The notes under the pieces were generated by a model. The model was not told the origin of the DNA and did not search any database. It saw only the letters and a program-made list of their open reading frames with translations. From Eledone cirrhosa (Eukaryota), in NCBI GenBank assembly GCA_964016885.1, contig OZ024740.1, positions 139,004,001 to 139,068,000 on the forward strand: DNA of 64,000 nt. The letters are read 5' to 3'. Positions 1-12,000 of this stretch are shown here, piece after piece; position 1 is the first letter of the stretch; each line of letters opens with the position of its first letter. The translations under genes and the position numbers were made by a program.

Positions 1-3000
1 AGTCTTGTTGTTTTTGTCATTGTTGCTGTTAGTCTTGTTGTTGTTGTCATTGTTGTTGTTAATCTCGTTGTTGTTGTCATTTTTGTTGTTAGTCTTGTTG
101 TTGTTGTCATTGTTGTTGTTAGTCTTGTTGTCGTTGTAATTGTTGTTGTTAGTCTTGTTGTTTTTGTCATTGTTGCTGTTAGTCTCTTTGTTGTTGTCAT
201 TGTTGTTGTTAGTCTTGTTGTTTTTGTCATTGTTGCTGTTAGTCTTGTTGTTGTTGTCATTGTTGTTGTTAGTCTTGTTGTTGTTGTCATTGTTGTTGTT
301 ACTCTTGTTGTTGTTGTCATTGTTGTTGTTGTCATTGTTGTTGTTAATCTCGTTGTTGTTGTCATTGTTGTTGTTAGTCTTGCTGTTGTTGTCATTGTTG
401 CTGTTAGTCTTTTTGTTGTTGTCATTGTTGTTGTTAGTCTTGTTGTTGTTGTCATTGTTGTTGTTGTCATTTTTGTTGTTAGTCTTGTTGTTGTTGTCAT
501 TGTTGCTGTTAGTCTTGTTGTTGTCATTTTTGTTGTTAGTCTGGTTGTTGCCATTGTTGTTGTTAGTCTTGTAGTTGTTGTCATTGTTGTTGTTAGTCTT
601 TTTGTTGTTGTCATTTCTTTGTCAGTCTTTTTTTGTTGTCATTGTTGTTGTTAGTCTTGTTGTTGTTAGTCTTGTTGTTGTTTTCATTGTTGTTGTTAGT
701 CTTATTGTTGTAGTCATTGTGCTGTTAGTCTTGTTGTTGTTGTCATTGTTGTTGTTAGTCTTGTTGTTGTTGTCATTGTCGTTGTTTGTCTTGTTGTTGT
801 TATCAGTGTTACTGTTAGTCTTGTTGTTGTCATTTTTGTTGTTAGTCTGGTTGTTGTCATTGTTGTTGGTAGTCTTGTAGTTGTTGTCATTGTTGTTGTT
901 AGTCTTTTTGTTGTTGTCATTTTTTTGTTAGTCTATTTGTTGTTGTCATTGTTGTTGTTAGTCTTGTTGTTGTTAGTCTTGTTGTTGTTGTAATTGTTGC
1001 TGTTAGTCTTTTTGTTGTTGCAATTGTTGCTGTTAGTCTTGTTGTTGTTGTTAGGCTCGTTGTTGTTGTCATTGTTGTTGTTAGTCTTGTTGTTGTTGTC
1101 ATTGTTGTTGTTAGTCTTGTCGTTGTTGTCATTGTTGTTGTTAGTCTTGTTGTTTTTGTCATTGTTGCTGTTAGTCTTGTTGTTGTTGTCATTGTTGTTG
1201 TTAATCTCGTTGTTGTTTTCATTGTTGTTGTTAGTCTTGTTGTTGTTGTCATTGTTGTTGTTAGTCTTGTTGTCGTTGTAATTGTTGTTGTTAGTCTTGT
1301 TGTTTTTGTCATTGTTGCTGTTAGTCTTTTTGTTGTTGTCATTGTTGTTGTTAGTCTTGTTGTTTTTGTCATTGTTGCTGTTAGTCTTGTTGTTGTTGTC
1401 ATTGTTGTTGATAGTCTTGTTGTTGTTGTCATTGTTGTTGTTACTCTTGTTGTTGTTGTCATTGTTGTTGTTGTCATTGTTGTTGTTAATCTCGTTGTTG
1501 TTGTCATTGTTGTTGTTAGTCTTGCTGTTGTTGTCATTGTTGTTGTTGTCATTTTTGTTGTTAGTCTTGTTGTTGTTGTCATTGTTGCTGTTAGTCTTGT
1601 TGTTGTTGTCATTGTTGTTGTTAGTCTTGTTGTTGTTTTCATTGTTGCTGTTAGTCTTGTTGTTGTTGTCATTGTTGTTGTTAGTCTTGTTGTTGTTGTC
1701 ATTGTTGTTGTTAGTCTTGTTGTTGTTGTCATTGTTGTTGTTAGTCTCGTCGTTGTTGTCATTGTTGTTGTTAGTCTTGTTGTTTTTGTCATTGTTGCTG
1801 TTAGTCTTGTTGTTGTTTTCATTGTTGTTGTTAATCTCGTTGTTGTTGTCATTGTTGTTGTTAGTCTTGTTGTTGTTGTCATTGTTGTTGTTAGTCTTGT
1901 TGTTGTTGTAATTGTTGTTGTTAGTCTTGTTGTTTTTGTCATTGTTGCTGTTAGTCTTTTTGTTGTTGTCATTGTTGTTGTTAGTCTTGTTGTATTTGTC
2001 ATTGTTGCTGTTAGTCGTGTTGTTGTTGTCATTGTTGTTGTTAGTCTTGTTGTTGTTGTCATTGTTGTTGTTACTCTTGTTGTTGTTGTCATTGTTGTTG
2101 TTAATCTCGTTGTTGTTGTCATTGTTGTTGTTAGTCTTGCTGTTGTTGTCATTGTTGCTGTTAGTCTTTTTGTTGTTGTCATTGTTGTGGTTAGACTTGT
2201 TGTTGTTGTCATTGTTGTTGTTGTCATTTTTGTTGTTAGTCTTGTTGTTGTTGTCACTGTTGCTGTTAGTCTTGTTGTTATTGTCATTGTTGTTGTTAGT
2301 CTTGTTGTTGTTGTCATTGTTGCTGTTAGTCTTGTTGTTGTTGTCATTGTTGTTGTTAGTCTTGTTGTTGTTTTCATTGTTGCTGTTAGTCATCTTGTTG
2401 TTGTCATTGTTGTTGTTAGTCTTGTTGTTGTTGTCATTGTTGTTGTTAGTTTTGTTGTTGTTGTCATTGTGGTTGTTGTCATTGTTGTTGTTAATCTCGT
2501 TGTTGTTGTCATTGTTGTTGTTAGTCTTGTTGTTGTTGTCATTGTTATTGTTATTCTTCTTGTTGTTGTCATTGTTGTTGTTAGTCATGTTGTTGTTGTC
2601 ATTGTTGTTGTTAGTCTTGTTGTTGTCATTGTTGTTGTTGTCATTGTTGTTGTTAGTCTTGTTGTTGTTGTCATTGTTATTGTTAGTCTTCTTGTTGTTG
2701 TCATTGTTGTTGTTAGTCTTGTTGTTGTTGTCATTATTGTTGTTAGTCTTGTTGTTGTTGTCATTGTTGTTGTTAGTCTTATTGTTGTTGTCAGTGTTGT
2801 TGTTAGTATTGTTGTTGATAGTCTTGTTGTTGTTGTCATTGTTGTTGTTAGTCTTGTTGTTGTTAGTCTTGTTGTTGTTGTCATTTTTGTTGTTAATCTT
2901 GTTGTTGTTAGTCTTGTTAGTCTTGTTGTTGTTGTCATTGTTGCTGTTAGTCTTGTTGTTGTTGTCTTTGTTGTTGTTAGTCTTGTTGTTGTTGTCAGTG

Positions 3001-6000
3001 TTGTTGTTAGTATTGTTGTTGTTAGTGTTGTTGTTGTTGTCATTTTTGTTGTTGTCATTGTTGTTATTAGTCTTGTTGTTGTTAGTCTTGTTGTTGTTGT
3101 CATTGTTGTAATTAGTCTTGTTGTTGTTAGTCTTCTTGTTGTTAGTCTTGTTGTTGTTGTCATTCTTGCTGTTAGTCTTGTTGTTGTTTTCATTTTTGTT
3201 GTTAATCTTGTTGTTGTTAGTCTTGTTGTTGTTAGTCTTGTTGTTGTTGTAATTGTTGCTGTTAGTCTTTTTGTTGTTGCAATTGTTGCTGTTAGTTTTG
3301 TTGTTGTTGTTAGGCTTGTTGTTGTTGTCATTGTTGTTGTTAGTCTTGTTGTTGTTGTCATTGTTGTTGTTAGTCTTGTCGTTGTTGTCATTGTTGTTGT
3401 TAGTCTTGTTGTTTTTGTCATTGTTGCTGTTAGTCTTGTTCTTGTTGTCATTGTTGTTGTTAATCTCGTTGTTGTTGTCATTGTTGTTGTTAGACTTGTT
3501 GTTGTTGTCATTGTTGTTGTTAGTCTTGTTGTCGTTGTAATTGTTGTTGTTAGTCTTGTTGTTTTTGTCATTGTTGCTGTTAGTCTTTTTGTTGTTGTCA
3601 TTGTTGTTGTTAGTCTTGTTGTTTTTGTCATTGTTGCTGTTAGTCTTGTTGTTGTTGTCATTGTTGTTGATAGTCTTGTTGTTGTTGTCATTGTTGTTGT
3701 TACTCTTGTTGTTGTTGTCATTGTTGTTGTTGTCATTGTTGTTGTTAATCTCGTTGTTGTTGTCATTGTTGTTGTTAGTCTTGCTGTTGTTGTCATTGTT
3801 GTTGTTGTCATTTTTGTTGTTAGTCTTGTTGTTGTTGTCATTGTTGCTGTTAGTCTTGTTGTTGTTGTCATTGTTGTTGTTAGTCTTGTTGTTGTTGTCA
3901 TTGTTGCTGTTAGTCTTGTTGTTGTTGTCATTGTTGTTGTTAGTCTTGTTGTTGTTTACATTGTTGCTGTTAGTCTTGTTGTTGTTGTCATTGTTGTTGT
4001 TAGTCTTGTTGTTGTTGTCATTGTTGTTGTTAGTCTTGTTGTTGTTGTCATTGTTGTTGTTGTCATTGTTGTTGTTAATCTCGTTGTTGTTGTCATTGTT
4101 GTTGTTAGTCTTGGTTAGTCTTGTTGTTGTTGTCATTGTTATTGTTAGTCTTGTTGTTGTTGTCATTGTTGTTGTTAGTCATGTTGTTGTTGTCATTGCT
4201 GTTGTTAGTCTTGTTGTTGTTGTCATTGTTGTTGTTAGTCTTGTTGTTGTTGTCATTGTTATTGTTAGTCTTCTTGTTGTTGTCATTGTTGTTGTTAGTC
4301 TTGTTGTTGTTGTCATTATTGTTGTTAGTCTTGTTGTTGTTGTCATTGTTGTTGTTGTCATTTTTGTTGTTAGTCTTGTTGTTGTTGTCATTGTTGCTGT
4401 TAGTCTTGTTGTTGTTGTCATTGTTGTTGTTAGTCTTGTTGTTGTTGTCATTGTTGCTGTTAGTCTTGTTGTTGTTGTCATTGTTGTTGTTAGTCTTGTT
4501 GTTGTTTTCATTGTTGCCGTTAGTCTTGTTGTTGTTGTCATTGTTGTTGTTAGTCTTGTTGTTGTTGTCATTGTTGTTGTTAGTCTTGTTGTTGTTGTCA
4601 TTGTTGTTGTTGTCATTGTTGTTGTTAATCTCGTTGTTGTTGTCATAGTTGTTGTTAGTCTTGTTGTTGTTGTCATTGTTATTGTTAGTCTTGTTGTTGT
4701 TGTCATTGTTGTTGTCATTGTTGTTGTTTGTCATGTTGTTGTTGTCATTGTTGTTGTTAGTCTTGTTGTCTTTGTCTTTGTTGTTGTTGTCATTGTTGTT
4801 GTTAATCTTGTTGTTGTTAGTCTTGTTGTTGTTAGTCTTGTTGTTGTTGTAATTGTTGCTGTTAGTCTTTTTGTTGTTGCAATTGTTGCTGTTAGTCTTG
4901 TTGTTGTTGTTAGTCTTGTTGTTGTTGTCATTGTTGTTGTTAGTCTTGTTGTTGTTGTCATTGTTGTTGTTAGTCTTGTCGTTGTTGTCATTGTTGTTGT
5001 TAGTCTTGTTGTTTTTGTCATTGTTGCTGTTAGTCTTGTTGTTGTTGTCATTGCTGTTGTTAATCTCGTTGTTGTTGTCATTGTTGTTGTTAGTCTTGTT
5101 GTTGTTGTCATTGTTGTTGTTAGTCTTGTTGTTGTTGTAATTGTTGTTGTTAGTCTTGTTGTTTTTGTCATTGTTGCTGTTAGTCTTTTTGTTGTTGTCA
5201 TTGTTGTTGTTAGTCTTGTTGTTGTTGTCATTGTTGTTGTTACTCTTGTTGTTGTTGTCATTGTTGTTGTTGTCATTGTTGTTGTTAATCTCGTTGTTGT
5301 TGTCATTGTTGTTGTTAGTCTTGCTGTTGTTGTCATTGTTGCTGTTAGTCTTTTTGTTGTTGTCATTGTTGTTGTTAGTCTTGTTGTTGTTGTCATTGTT
5401 GTTGTTGTCATTGTTGTTGTTAATCTCGTTGTTGTTGTCATTGTTGTTGTTAGTCTTGGTTAGTCTTGTTGTTGTTGTCATTGTTATTGTTAGTCTTGTT
5501 GTTGTTGTCATTGTTGTTGTTAGTCATGTTGTTGTTGTCATTGTTGTTGTTAGTCTTGTTGTTGTTGTCATTGTTGTTGTTGTCATTGTTGTTGTTAGTC
5601 TTGTTGTTGTTGTCATTGTTATTGTTAGTATTCTTGTTGTTGTCATTGTTGTTGTTAGTCTTGTTGTTGTTGTCATTATTGTTGTTAGTCTTGTTGTTGT
5701 TGTCATTGTTGTTGTTGTCATTTTTGTTGTTAGTCTTGTTGTTGTTGTCATTGTTGCTGTTAGTCTTGTTGTTGTTGTCATTGTTGTTGTTAGTCTTGTT
5801 GTTGTTGTCATTGTTGCTGTTAGTCTTGTTGTTGTTGTCATTGTTGTTGTTAGTCTTGTTATTGTTTTCATTGTTGCTGTTAGTCTTGTTGTTGTTGTCA
5901 TTGTTGTTGTTAATCTTGTTGTTGTTGTCATTGTTGATGTTAGTCTTGTTGTTGTTGTCATTGTTGTTGTTGTCATTGTTATTGTTAGTCTTGTTGGTGT

Positions 6001-9000
6001 TGTCATTGTTGTTGTTAGTCATGTTGTTGTTGTCATTGTTGTTGTTAGTCTTGTTGTTGTTGTCATTGTTGTTGTTGTCATTGTTGTTGTTAATCTTGTT
6101 GTTGTTAGTCTTGTTGTTGTTAGTCTTGCTGTTGTTTTCATTGTTGCTGTTAGTCTTTTTGTTGTTGTCATTGTTATTGTTAGTCTTCTTGTTGTTGTCA
6201 TTGTTGTTGTTAGTCTTGTTGTTGTTGTCATTATTGTTGTTAGTCTTGTTGTTGTTGTCATTGTTGTTGTTAGTCTTGTTGTTGTTGTCAGTGTTGTTGT
6301 TAGTATTGTTGTTGTTGTCAGTGTTGTTGTTAGTCTTGTTGTTGTTGTCATTGTTGTTGTTAGTCTTGTTGTTGTTAGTCTTGTTGTTGTTGTCATTTTT
6401 GCTGTTAATCTTGTTGTTGTTAGTATTGTTGTTAGTCTTGTTGTTGTTGTCATTGTTGCTGTTAGTCTTGTTGTTGTTGTCTTTGTTGTTGTTAGTCTTG
6501 TTGTTGTTAGTATTGTTGTTGTTAGTGTTGTTGTTGTTGTCATTTTTGTTGTTGTCATTGTTGTTATTAGTCTTGTTGTTGTTAGTCTTGTCGTTGTTGT
6601 CATTGTTGTAATTAGTCTTGTTGTTAGTCTTGTTGTTGTTAGTCTTGTTGTTGTTAGTCTTGTTGTTGTTGTCATTGTTGCTGTTAGTCTTGATGTTTTC
6701 ATTTTTGTTGTTAATCTTGTTGTTGTTAGTCTTGTTGTTGTTAGTCTTGTTGTTGTTTTAATTGTTGCTGTTAGTCTTTTTGTTGTTGCAATTGTTGCTG
6801 TTAGTCTTGTTGTTGTTGTTAGTCTTGTTGTTGTTGTCATTGTTGTTGTTAGTCTTGTTGTTGTTGTCATTGTTGTTGTTAGTCTTGTCGTTGTTGTCAT
6901 TGTTGTTGTTAGTCTTGTTGTTTTTGTCATTGTTGCTGTTAGTCTTGTTGTTGTTGTCATTGTTGTTGTTAATCTCGTTGTTGTTGTCATTTTTGTTGTT
7001 AGTCTTGTTGTTGTTGTCATTGTTGTTGTTAGTCTTGTTGTCGTTGTAATTGTTGTTGTTAGTCTTGTTGTTTTTGTCATTGTTGCTGTTAGTCTCTTTG
7101 TTGTTGTCATTGTTGTTGTTAGTCTTGTTGTTTTTGTCATTGTTGCTGTTAGTCTTGTTGTTGTTGTCATTGTTGTTGTTAGTCTTGTTGTTGTTGTCAT
7201 TGTTGTTGTTACTCTTGTTGTTGTTGTCATTGTTGTTGTTGTCATTGTTGTTGTTAATCTCGTTGTTGTTGTCATTGTTGTTGTTAGTCTTGCTGTTGTT
7301 GTCATTGTTGCTGTTAGTCTTTTTGTTGTTGTCATTGTTGTTGTTAGTCTTGTTGTTGTTGTCATTGTTGTTGTTGTCATTTTTGTTGTTAGTCTTGTTG
7401 TTGTTGTCATTGTTGCTGTTAGTCTTGTTGTTGTCATTTTTGTTGTTAGTCTGGTTGTTGCCATTGTTGTTGTTAGTCTTGTAGTTGTTGTCATTGTTGT
7501 TGTTAGTCTTTTTGTTGTTGTCATTTCTTTGTCAGTCTTTTTTTGTTGTCATTGTTGTTGTTAGTCTTGTTGTTGTTAGTCTTGTTGTTGTTTTCATTGT
7601 TGTTGTTAGTCTTATTGTTGTAGTCATTGTGCTGTTAGTCTTGTTGTTGTTGTCATTGTTGTTGTTAGTCTTGTTGTTGTTGTCATTGTCGTTGTTTGTC
7701 TTGTTGTTGTTATCAGTGTTACTGTTAGTCTTGTTGTTGTCATTTTTGTTGTTAGTCTGGTTGTTGTCATTGTTGTTGGTAGTCTTGTAGTTGTTGTCAT
7801 TGTTGTTGTTAGTCTTTTTGTTGTTGTCATTTTTTTGTTAGTCTATTTGTTGTTGTCATTGTTGTTGTTAGTCTTGTTGTTGTTAGTCTTGTTGTTGTTT
7901 TCATTGTTATTGTTAGTCTTGTTGTTGTTGTTATTGTTGTTGTTAGTCTTGTTGTTGTTGTCATTATTGTTGTTAGTCTTTTTGTTGTTAGTCTTGTTGT
8001 AGTCATTGTTGTTCTTAGTCTTGTTGTTGTTAGTCTTGTTGTTGTTGTCATTGTTTTTCTTTGTCTTCTTGTTGTTAGTCTTGTTGTTGTTAGTCTTGTT
8101 GTTGTTGTCTTAGTTGTTGTTAGTCTTGTTGTCGTTGTCAGTGTTGTTGTTAGTATTGTTGTTGTTAGTCTTGTTGTTGTTGTCATTGTTGTTGTTAGTC
8201 TTGTTGTTGTTGTCATTGTTGTTGTTAGTCTTGTTGTTGTTGTCATTGTTGTTGTTAGTCTTGTTGTTGTTGTCATTGTTGTGGTTAGTCTTGTTGTTGT
8301 TGTCATTATTGTTGTTAGTTTTGTTATTGTTGTCATTGTTGCTGTTAGTCTTGTTGTTGTCATTGTTGTTGTTAGTCTTGTTGTTGTTGTCATTGTTGTT
8401 GTTAGTCTTGTTGTTGTTGTCATTATTGTTGTTAGTCTTGTTGTTGTTGTCATTGTTGTTGTTAGTCTTGTTATTGTTGTCATTGTTGCTGTTAGTCTTG
8501 TTGTTGTTGTCATTGTTACTGTTAGTGTTGTTGTTGTTAGTCTTGTTGTTGTTGTCATTGTTGTTGTTAGTGTTGTTGTTGTTGTCATTGTTGCTGTTAG
8601 TCTTGTTGTTGTTGTCAGTGTTGTTGTTAGTCTTGTTGTTGTTGTTGTTGTCATTGTTGTTGTTAGCCTTGTTGTTGTTAGTCTTGTTGTTGTTGTCATT
8701 GTTGTTGTTAGTCTTGTTGTTCTCATTGTTGTTGTTAGTCTTCTTGTTGTTGTCATTGTTGTTGTTAGTCTTGTTATTGTCATTGTTGCTGTTAGTCTCG
8801 TTGTTATCATTGTTGCTGTTTGTCTCGTTGTTGTCATTGTTGCAGTTAGTCTTCTTGTTGTTGTCATTGTTGTTGTTAGTCTTCTTGTTGTTGTCATTGT
8901 TGTTGTTAGTCTTGTTGTTGTTGTCATTGTTGTTGTTAGTCTTGTTGTTGTTGTTAGTCTTGTTGTTGTTTTCATTGGTGTTGTTAGTCTTGTTGTTGTT

Positions 9001-12000
9001 GTCATTGTTGTTGTTAGTCTTGTTGTTGTTGTCATTGTTGCTGTTAGTCTTGTTGTTGTCATTGTTGTTGTTAGTATTGTTGTTGTTGTCATTGTTGTTG
9101 TTGTCATTGTTGTTGTTGTAATTGTTGTTGTTAGTCTTGTTGTTGTTTTCATTGTTGTTGTTAGTCTTGTTGTTGTCATTGTTGTTCTTAGTCTTGTTGT
9201 TGTTGTTAGTATCGTTGTTGTCATTGTTGTTGTTGTTGTTGTCATTTTTGTTTTTGTCATTGTTGTTGTTAGTCTTGTTGTTGTTAGTCTTGTTGTTGTT
9301 GTCATTGTTGCTGTTAGTCTTGTTGTTGTTGTCATTGTTGCCGTTAGTCTTGTTGTTGTTGTCATTGTTGCTGTTAGTCTTGTTGTTGTTGTCATTGTTG
9401 TTGTTAGTCTTGTTGTTTTAGTCTTGTTGTTGTTAGTCTTGTTGATGTTCTCATTGTTGTTGTTAGTCTTGTTGTTGTTGTCATTGTTGCTGTTAGTCTT
9501 GTTGTTGTTGTCATTGTTGTTGTTAGTCTTGTTGTTGTTGTCATTGTAACTTTTAGTCTTTTTGTTGTTGTCATTGTTGCTGTTAGACTTGTTGTTGTTG
9601 TCATTGTTGTTGTTAGTCTTGTTTTTGTTGTCATTGTTGCTTTTAGTCTTTTTGTTGTTGTCATTGTTGTTGTTAGTCTTGTTGTTGTTAGTCTTGTTGT
9701 TGTCATTGTTGCTGTTAGTCTTGTTGTTTTTGTCATTGTTGCTGTTGGTCTTTTTGTTGTTGTCACTGTTGTTGTTGTCATTGTTGTTGTTGTCATTGTT
9801 GTTGTTGTCATTGTTGATGTTAGTCTCGTTGCTGTTGTCATTGTTGTTGTTAGTCTTTTTGTTGTTGTCATTGTTGCTGTTAGTCTTGTTGTTGTTGTCA
9901 TTGTTGTTGTTAGTCTTGTTGTTGTTGTCATTGTTGTTGTTTGTCTTTTTGTTGTTGTCATTTTTTTGTCAGTCTTTTTTTGTTGTCATTGTTGTTGTTA
10001 GTCTTGTTGTTGTTAGTCTTGTTGTTGTTTTCATTGTTGTTATTTAGTCTTATTGTTGTAGTCATTGTGCTGTTCGTCTTGTTGTTGTTGTCATTGTTGT
10101 TGTTAGTCTTGTTGTTGTTGTCATTGTTGTTGTTAGTCTTGTTGTTGTTATCAGTGTTACTGTTAGTCTTGTTGTTGTCATTTTTGTTGTTAGTCTGGTT
10201 GTTGTCATTGTTGTTGTTAGTCTTGTAGTTGTTGTCATTGTTGTTGTTAGTCTTTTTGTTGTTGTCATTTTTTTGTTAGTCTTTTTGTTGTTGTCTTTGT
10301 TGTTGTTAGTCTTGTTGTTGTTAGTCTTGTTGTTGTTTTCATTGTTGTTGTTAGACTAATTGTTGTAGTCATTTTTCTGTTAGTCTTGTTGTTGTCATTG
10401 TTATTGTTAGTCTTGTTGTTGTTGTTATTGTTGTTAGTCTTGTTGTTGTTGTCATTATTGTTGTTAGTCTTTTTGTTGTTAGTCTTGTAGTCATTGTTGT
10501 TCTTAGTCTTGTTGTTGTTAGTCTTGTTGTTGTTAGTCTTGTTGTTGTTAATCTTGTTGTTGTTGTCATTGTTTTTGTTTGTCTTCTTGTTGTTACTCTT
10601 GTTGTTGTTAGTCTTGTTGTTGTTGTCTTAGTTGTTGTTAGTCTTGTTGTTTTTGTCAGTGTTGTTGTTAGTATTGTTGTTCCTGTTAGGCTTGTTGTTG
10701 TTGTCATTGTTGCTGTTAGTCTTGTTGTAGGTGTCATTGTTGCTGTTAGTCTTGTTGTTGTTGTCATTGTTGCTGTTAGTCTTGTTGTTGTTTTCATTTT
10801 TGTTGTTAATCTTGTTGTTGTTAGTCTTGTTGTTGTTGTCATTGTTGCTGTTAGTCTTGTTGTTGTTGTCATTGTTGCTGTTAGTGTTTTTGTTGTTGTC
10901 ATTGTTGTTGTTAGTCTTGTTGTTCCATTAGGCTTGTTGTTGTTGTCATTGTTGCTGTTAGTCTTGTTGTTGTTGTCATTGTTGCTGTTAGTCTTGTTGT
11001 TGTTGTCATTGTTGCTGTTAGTCTTTTTGTTGTTGTCATTGTTGTTGTTAGTCTTGTTGTTGTTGTCATTGTTGTTGTTAGTCTCGTCGTTGTTGTCAAT
11101 GTTGTTGTTAGTCTTGTTGTTTTTGTCATTGTTGCTGTTAGTCTTGTTGTTGTTGTCATTGTTGTTGTTAATCTCGTTGTTGTTGCTGTCATTGTTGTTG
11201 TTAGTCTTGTTGTTGTTGTCATTGTTGTTGTTAGTCTTGTTGTTGTTGTAATTGTTGTTGTTAGTCTTGTTGTTTTTGTCATTGTTGCTGTTAGTCTTTT
11301 TGTTGTTGTCATTGTTGTTGTTAGTCTTGTTGTTTTTGTCATTGTTGCTGTTAGTCTTGTTGTTGTTGTCATCGTTGTTGTTAGTCTTGTTGTTGTTGTC
11401 ATTGTTGTTGTTACTCTTGTTGTTGTTGTCATTGTTGTTGTTAATCTCGTTGTTGTTGTCATTGTTGTTGTTAGTCTTGCTGTTGTTGTCATTGTTGCTG
11501 TTAGTCTTTTTGTTGTTGTCATTGTTGTTGTTAGTCTTGTTGTTGTTGTCATTGTTGTTGTTGTCATTGTTGTTGTTAGTCTTGTTGTTGTTGTCATCGT
11601 TGCTGTTAGTCTTGTTGTTGTTGTCATTATTGTTGTTAGTCTTGTTGTTGTTTTCATTGTTGCTGTTAGTCTTCTTGTTGTTGTCATTGTGGTAGTTTGT
11701 CATTGTTGTTGTCAATCTCGTTGTTGTTGTCATTGTTGTTGTTAGTCTTGTTGTTGTTGTCATTGTTATTGTTATTCTTCTTGTTGTTGTCATTGTTGTT
11801 GTTAGTCATGTTGTTGTTGTCATTGTTGTTGTTAGTCTTGTTGTTGTCATTGTTGTTGTTGTCATTGTTGTTGTTAGTCTTGTGGTTGTTGTCATTGTTA
11901 TTGTTAGTCTTCTTGTTGTTGTCATTGTTGTTGTTAGTCTTGTTGTTGTTGTCATTATTGTTGTTAGTCTTGTTGTTGTTGTCATTGTTGTTGTTAGTCT

